Source: Lentisphaeria bacterium
GTDB lineage: Bacteria; Verrucomicrobiota; Lentisphaeria; JABSQK01; JAWLHB01
DNA: 20,000 bases
Assembly (NCBI GenBank): GCA_041690595.1
Contig: JAWLHB010000042.1
Span: forward strand, 55,365-75,364
Direction of reading: 5' to 3'
Shown: positions 15,832-20,000 of the stretch, piece by piece
How the letters are laid out: every line of letters begins with the position of its first letter
How positions within the stretch are numbered: position 1 is the stretch's first letter
The notes under the pieces: model-generated
What the model was told of the DNA's origin: nothing
Seen by the model: only the letters and a program-made list of their open reading frames with translations
Database searches by the model: none
Program-made: the position numbers and the translations under genes

Positions 15832-18800
15832 AGATCCTGCGCGTCGAGATCGAGAATCTGAATTCCCTGCGTGGCAAGCACTGCATCGACTTCGAAGGGC
15901 CGCCACTTGGCGAGGCGGGGCTCTTTGCCATCACGGGGCCGACGGGGGCGGGCAAGTCGACCCTTCTGGATGCGATAACGCTGGCGCTTTTCGGTCGCGC
16001 GGCCCGCTATGGCAACGAGCGGAACCCCGAAGGCATGATGAGTCGGCAGACAGGGGGCTGCAGCGCGGCGGTTTTCTTCGAGGTGCGCCACGGAGAGCGG
16101 TACACGGCGACATGGGAGCTGCGCCGGGCGCGGGGCAAGGAAGATGGCAAGATTCAGCCGGCGCGCCGCTTCATCTACAACGCCGACGGGATCCCGATCG
16201 CGGAAAGCATCACGGAGGCGGAGAGCCGCATCGTGGAGTTGGTGGGGCTGGATTACGACCGCTTTCTGCGGTCGGTGATGCTGGCGCAGGGCGAGTTTGC
16301 GCGCTTTCTGAAAGCGACGGCCGATGAGCAGGCGCAGCTGCTGGAGAGTCTGACGGCGACGTCGATCTATTCGGAGCTGGGGAGGCTCTGTTACCGCGAA
16401 GGGAAGGATCGGGAGGATGCGCTTGCGGCGCGGGAAGCGGCGGCCAATCGGGTGTCCCTGTTGTCGCCGGAGGAGCGGGAAGAGAAGGTGCAGGGGCTGG
16501 CGGCGGCTCAGGCGAGGCAGGTTGCGGAAGATGAACGCGAGCGGGCGATGCGGGAGGCGGTGGCGAAGGCGCTGCAACTGGCGCAGGCCTTGCAGAAGAT
16601 AGATGGCCTGGAGCGGCGGTTGCGAGAGGTGGAGGCGGCGCGTGAGGCTGCCGGAGACGACTTGGGGCGACTGGCGCTGCATGAGCAGACGGGGGCCTAT
16701 GTGGAGGAGTTGCGCATCTACGATGGCTGCCGGAAACGGCTGCGGGAGGAGCGTCAGGCGGCATCCCGGGCGATGGAGCTGGCGACGCAGGCGGAGGTGC
16801 GCTGGTGGACGGGACTGACGGCGGCGGCGGCGTGGTGCCGGCAGGATGTGCACCAGGCCGTGGCGGAGGTGACGGCGGGTGAAGGTGCGTTGCAGAGCTT
16901 GACCCATGAGCGGGATGAGCGTGAGCTCTGGCTGAAGAGCCATGGCGTCGATGCGACGCTGGGCGAAGCGTTACCGAGCCTGAGCAAGGGGATTGTCGAG
17001 CTGACCACGGCGCGCCGGGAGAAGCTGCGGTCGATCCAGAACGTGCAGCGGATCCAGGGGCAGCGTCCTGCGCTGGAGGCGGCATTGACGCAGGCGGGCG
17101 CGGCGCTCTCCGCGGCGGAGGAACGATACACGGTTAGGCAGAGTGAGCGGGATGCGGAGGGGGCGCGGCTGCGGGAACTTCTGGCGGAAGGGGATGAAGG
17201 GAAGATCGAGGATGAGCGGGAGAACTGTCAGCGACATCTGAATGGGATCGCCAAGTTGAAGGAATGGGTGGAGGAGACGGGGAAGCGCGAGCGCAAGTTG
17301 GCCACGCTGACGGCACGGCTGGCGGAGTTCGAGCCGCAACTGGCGAGTGCCGACCAGCAGGAAGCGTCGGTGCGTCAGGAGCTGGCGGCGGCCGAACTGG
17401 CTCGACGCAGGTGCGAGGATCACTATGAGAAGGCGAAGCAGATCGCCAGCCTGGAGCAGCATCGTGCGGCACTGCGGCCGGATGAGATGTGTCCGCTCTG
17501 CGGTTCGACGGAGCATCCGTTCCTCGACCATGGCACGGGCGACTTCACGCCGACTCAGTTGTCTCGGGATGTCGCGGCAGCCAAGACGCTGGAGCGGGCG
17601 AAGGTGCAGGCGCTGGCGGAGGCGTCGAAGGCAGTGGCGCTGCTGCAGGAGAAGCAGAAGGCGTGCCGGGCCAGTTGCACGGATGAGGAGAACGCCTTGC
17701 TGGCGCAACGGGAAGGGATACGGAAGCTTGCCGAGAAGCTGCGGCTCACGGAGGCGACGGGGGTGACCCTGATCGAGCGCGAAGCCCAGTTGAACGAACT
17801 TGCACGAGGGATGCGTGAGCGACTCGAAAGGATTCGCGCGGCCCGGGGCGCGCTGGAGAGGGCGGAGAAAGTACTGAATGCGTGCGACAAGGAAGTGGCG
17901 GCGGCGCGCAACGGCTGTGAAAAGGCGACGCAGGCGCTCGATAATCAGCAGAAACGGCTGATGGAGGAGGAACTTGCCGGGGCGCAGTGGCAGGAACGAA
18001 GCGCGGCGGCGGGGGAGAGACTCGGTCAGCAACTGGAGCCTTTCGGGGTGGGGATTCCCGCCCCGGGAGAGGAGGAGGCGCTGGAGCAGATGTTGCGTCA
18101 ACGCGCCCAGAGCTACCGGGAGATGTCCGACGCGGAGCAGCGCTGCCGGGCCCAGATCGCGCAGAAAGGAGAGTCGCTGAAGCATGCGCGCGAGCGGCTC
18201 GATCAGGCGCTGGAACGGGAAGGGCGCCTTGGCAGGCAGGTTGCGGAGGCGCAGGTGGACTGCCGGCGTGTCGACGAGGGCGAGGCGACCGCGCAGCGCC
18301 GAAACTGGAGCGCGGCGGCCGAGATGGAGGAGGCGTTGAGCGAGCTTCGAGAAGGGGACAAGGTCGCCAAGGCGAGCCGTCGCATGGCCGATGTCGCGCT
18401 GGAGACGGCAGACACCGCCTTCGGCGAGTGTCGTGATAGTCTGACGAAGCGGTTGGAGACGAGTCCCTTTGCCGACATCGAGGCGCTGACGGCGGCTCGG
18501 CTTGACCTGGCGGAGGTTGCGCGCGTGCAGGCGTTGAAGGAGAAGCTGCGCTCCCAGCAGGATCAGCTCACCGGCGAGCGGGCAAGTCTACAGCAGAGCA
18601 TTGACGAGTTGCGGCTGGAGGGCGTCGCCGAGGGTGAGGCGGTGGTCGAGCTTCGGGGCGCGCTCGAGGTGATAGTGGCGGAGAACAAGGCCAGGCTGGA
18701 GCAGATTTTTGCGTTGCGGAGCGCGTTGTCGAGCGACGACGAGCAGCGCCGGCAACATGCGGCGGAGCTGGCTGCGGTTGCCGCCGATCGGGAGCAACTG

Positions 18801-19304
18801 AAGGTGTGGAAGCACTTGCAGGCGCTGATCGGCTCGGCGGACGGCAAGCGCTTTCGCGAGTTTGCGCAGGGGATCTCGCTGGACATTCTGGTGCGCCACG
18901 CCAATCTGCACCTGCGGCGGCTGAGCCAGCGGTACCTGATCCGGCGCAGCACGGAGGAGGTGCTCGACCTGCGGATCGAGGATCTCTATCAGGCCGGTAT
19001 GGCCCGCACGATGTCGAGTCTGTCGGGAGGCGAGAGCTTTCTGGTTAGCCTGGCGCTGGCGTTGGGGCTGGCGGATCTGGCCGGGCGCAATGTGCGGATC
19101 GACTCCCTCTTCATCGATGAAGGGTTCGGTTCCCTGGACAGCCAGACGGTGGACATTGCCATCGCGGCGCTGGAAGCGCTACAGCAGGAGAGCAAGACAA
19201 TCGGCGTGATCTCCCATGTGGAACTGCTCAAGGAGCGGATCGCCACACAGATTCAGGTGGTGAAGCTGAGCGGCAGCGCCAGTCGCCTGCACGTGACCGG
19301 CTGA
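15828..19304 (+). CDS. sbcC: Exonuclease SbcCD subunit C (Rad50-like SMC ATPase)
   Basis: Walker A GPTGAGKS, Q-loop LAQGEF, coiled coils, zinc hook CPLCGS, signature LSGGE, Walker B FIDEGFGSLD, ISH; ATGA overlap with sbcD. Confidence 0.96.
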   Translation: MKILRVEIENLNSLRGKHCIDFEGPPLGEAGLFAITGPTGAGKSTLLDAITLALFGRAARYGNERNPEGMMSRQTGGCSAAVFFEVRHGERYTATWELRRARGKEDGKIQPARRFIYNADGIPIAESITEAESRIVELVGLDYDRFLRSVMLAQGEFARFLKATADEQAQLLESLTATSIYSELGRLCYREGKDREDALAAREAAANRVSLLSPEEREEKVQGLAAAQARQVAEDERERAMREAVAKALQLAQALQKIDGLERRLREVEAAREAAGDDLGRLALHEQTGAYVEELRIYDGCRKRLREERQAASRAMELATQAEVRWWTGLTAAAAWCRQDVHQAVAEVTAGEGALQSLTHERDERELWLKSHGVDATLGEALPSLSKGIVELTTARREKLRSIQNVQRIQGQRPALEAALTQAGAALSAAEERYTVRQSERDAEGARLRELLAEGDEGKIEDERENCQRHLNGIAKLKEWVEETGKRERKLATLTARLAEFEPQLASADQQEASVRQELAAAELARRRCEDHYEKAKQIASLEQHRAALRPDEMCPLCGSTEHPFLDHGTGDFTPTQLSRDVAAAKTLERAKVQALAEASKAVALLQEKQKACRASCTDEENALLAQREGIRKLAEKLRLTEATGVTLIEREAQLNELARGMRERLERIRAARGALERAEKVLNACDKEVAAARNGCEKATQALDNQQKRLMEEELAGAQWQERSAAAGERLGQQLEPFGVGIPAPGEEEALEQMLRQRAQSYREMSDAEQRCRAQIAQKGESLKHARERLDQALEREGRLGRQVAEAQVDCRRVDEGEATAQRRNWSAAAEMEEALSELREGDKVAKASRRMADVALETADTAFGECRDSLTKRLETSPFADIEALTAARLDLAEVARVQALKEKLRSQQDQLTGERASLQQSIDELRLEGVAEGEAVVELRGALEVIVAENKARLEQIFALRSALSSDDEQRRQHAAELAAVAADREQLKVWKHLQALIGSADGKRFREFAQGISLDILVRHANLHLRRLSQRYLIRRSTEEVLDLRIEDLYQAGMARTMSSLSGGESFLVSLALALGLADLAGRNVRIDSLFIDEGFGSLDSQTVDIAIAALEALQQESKTIGVISHVELLKERIATQIQVVKLSGSASRLHVTG

Positions 19305-19363
19305 GCAGAAATGCTATGCGACATGAAACGTGCTGCGTCGAGACCCAGAACCGGACGTATTTT

Positions 19364-19856
19364 ACCACGAAGAACAGGAAATGCACGAAGTATAGGTTGA
19401 TAAGATGCAGAAAGGAAAATGGATCATTAATAATGCCAGAAATGTCATTATTATTTGCTTCCTATCACCTTCGTACTACTACCCGCCAGAACCTTGTTTT
19501 CTGTACAAAGTTTCGGGTGAATTAGCCTCAAGATCAGGGGCATGAGGCCTCCGCTCACCTCCAACATACTTCGTGAAGAAAGATCCAATAATGCGGTCAC
19601 CCAGAATTGAACGGATTTAACCACGAAGTGCACGAAGAGCACGAAGGATGGGCTGATTTTCTATATAAAATACGGTTAGTCATTAAAAAAGTGATAAACA
19701 TCAGCTAGCGTTACTTTTATTAATCTTCGTGTTCTTCGTGTCCTTCGTGGTAATATTCATAGCGTCAGATGTTAAAGCATGTGAACTGTCACCCCGCGAC
19801 GGAAAACCTTTGGTTGCGGCCGACGGCCGCGCTAGGTTCTTCGTGGTCTTCGTGGT
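19364..19856. repeat. Nested inverted repeats built from 9-bp CACGAAG units, plus a GC hairpin
   Basis: Forward arms 19364-19390 and 19619-19646; reverse arms 19725-19753 and 19839-19856; GCGGCC-gac-GGCCGC at 19816-19830. Confidence 0.85.
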
Positions 19857-19980
19857 GATCCTGTTAGCGTCAAATTTAAGTGAAGCGTCGCCTTCGGTTC
19901 CGAGTAAGCGTCAAAAATACCCCATGGTGAATATTCGCTTGCTCGTGCGCACAGTATCTCCTGTGACTTGAACCCCCTAC

Positions 19981-20000
19981 AGGAGATCATGAGGATGAGC
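19981..20000 (+). other. Possible RBS and start of a gene continuing beyond the window
   Basis: AGGAG followed by in-frame ATG codons at 19989 and 19995. Confidence 0.35.

Noticed and set aside
14293..18185. Long minus-strand ORFs opposite sbcDC
   Set aside because: Arg/Pro-rich shadow frames with no recognisable domains
14539..19304. Wadjet/Lamassu-type SMC defence system
   Set aside because: Canonical sbcD-sbcC pair with zinc hook and Mre11 motifs; no kleisin/KITE or Lamassu effector genes
19316..19971. Small ORFs 19316-19525, 19451-19642 and 19729-19971
   Set aside because: Partly translations of the CACGAAG repeats, with no RBS or recognisable family; decayed gene remnants cannot be excluded

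Overview
Bacterial, GC-rich chromosomal window. Left part (1-6.9 kb): a minus-strand sugar/2-oxoacid catabolic cluster (Gfo/Idh/MocA oxidoreductase, FG-GAP beta-propeller protein, DeoR regulator, E2 acyltransferase, E3 lpdA) and a divergent AraC regulator. Next are housekeeping genes (GGQ release-factor-like protein, truA, C4 zinc-ribbon coiled-coil protein). From about 9.25 to 14.43 kb lies an accessory, defence-like island bracketed by 9-bp GTCC-type tandem repeats. It encodes (i) an orphan nuclease with a TerB-like segment, two SAP-like DNA-binding motifs and a FokI-like catalytic domain, with no methyltransferase in the window, (ii) a DUF4236/TM/TerB-like/PH-like membrane protein translationally coupled to a 6-TM voltage-gated K+ channel, and (iii) a HEPN-MNT toxin-antitoxin pair. 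sbcD-sbcC follow, then an AT-rich tail with nested CACGAAG 9-mer inverted repeats. All calls come from motif recognition by eye; no database searches were run.
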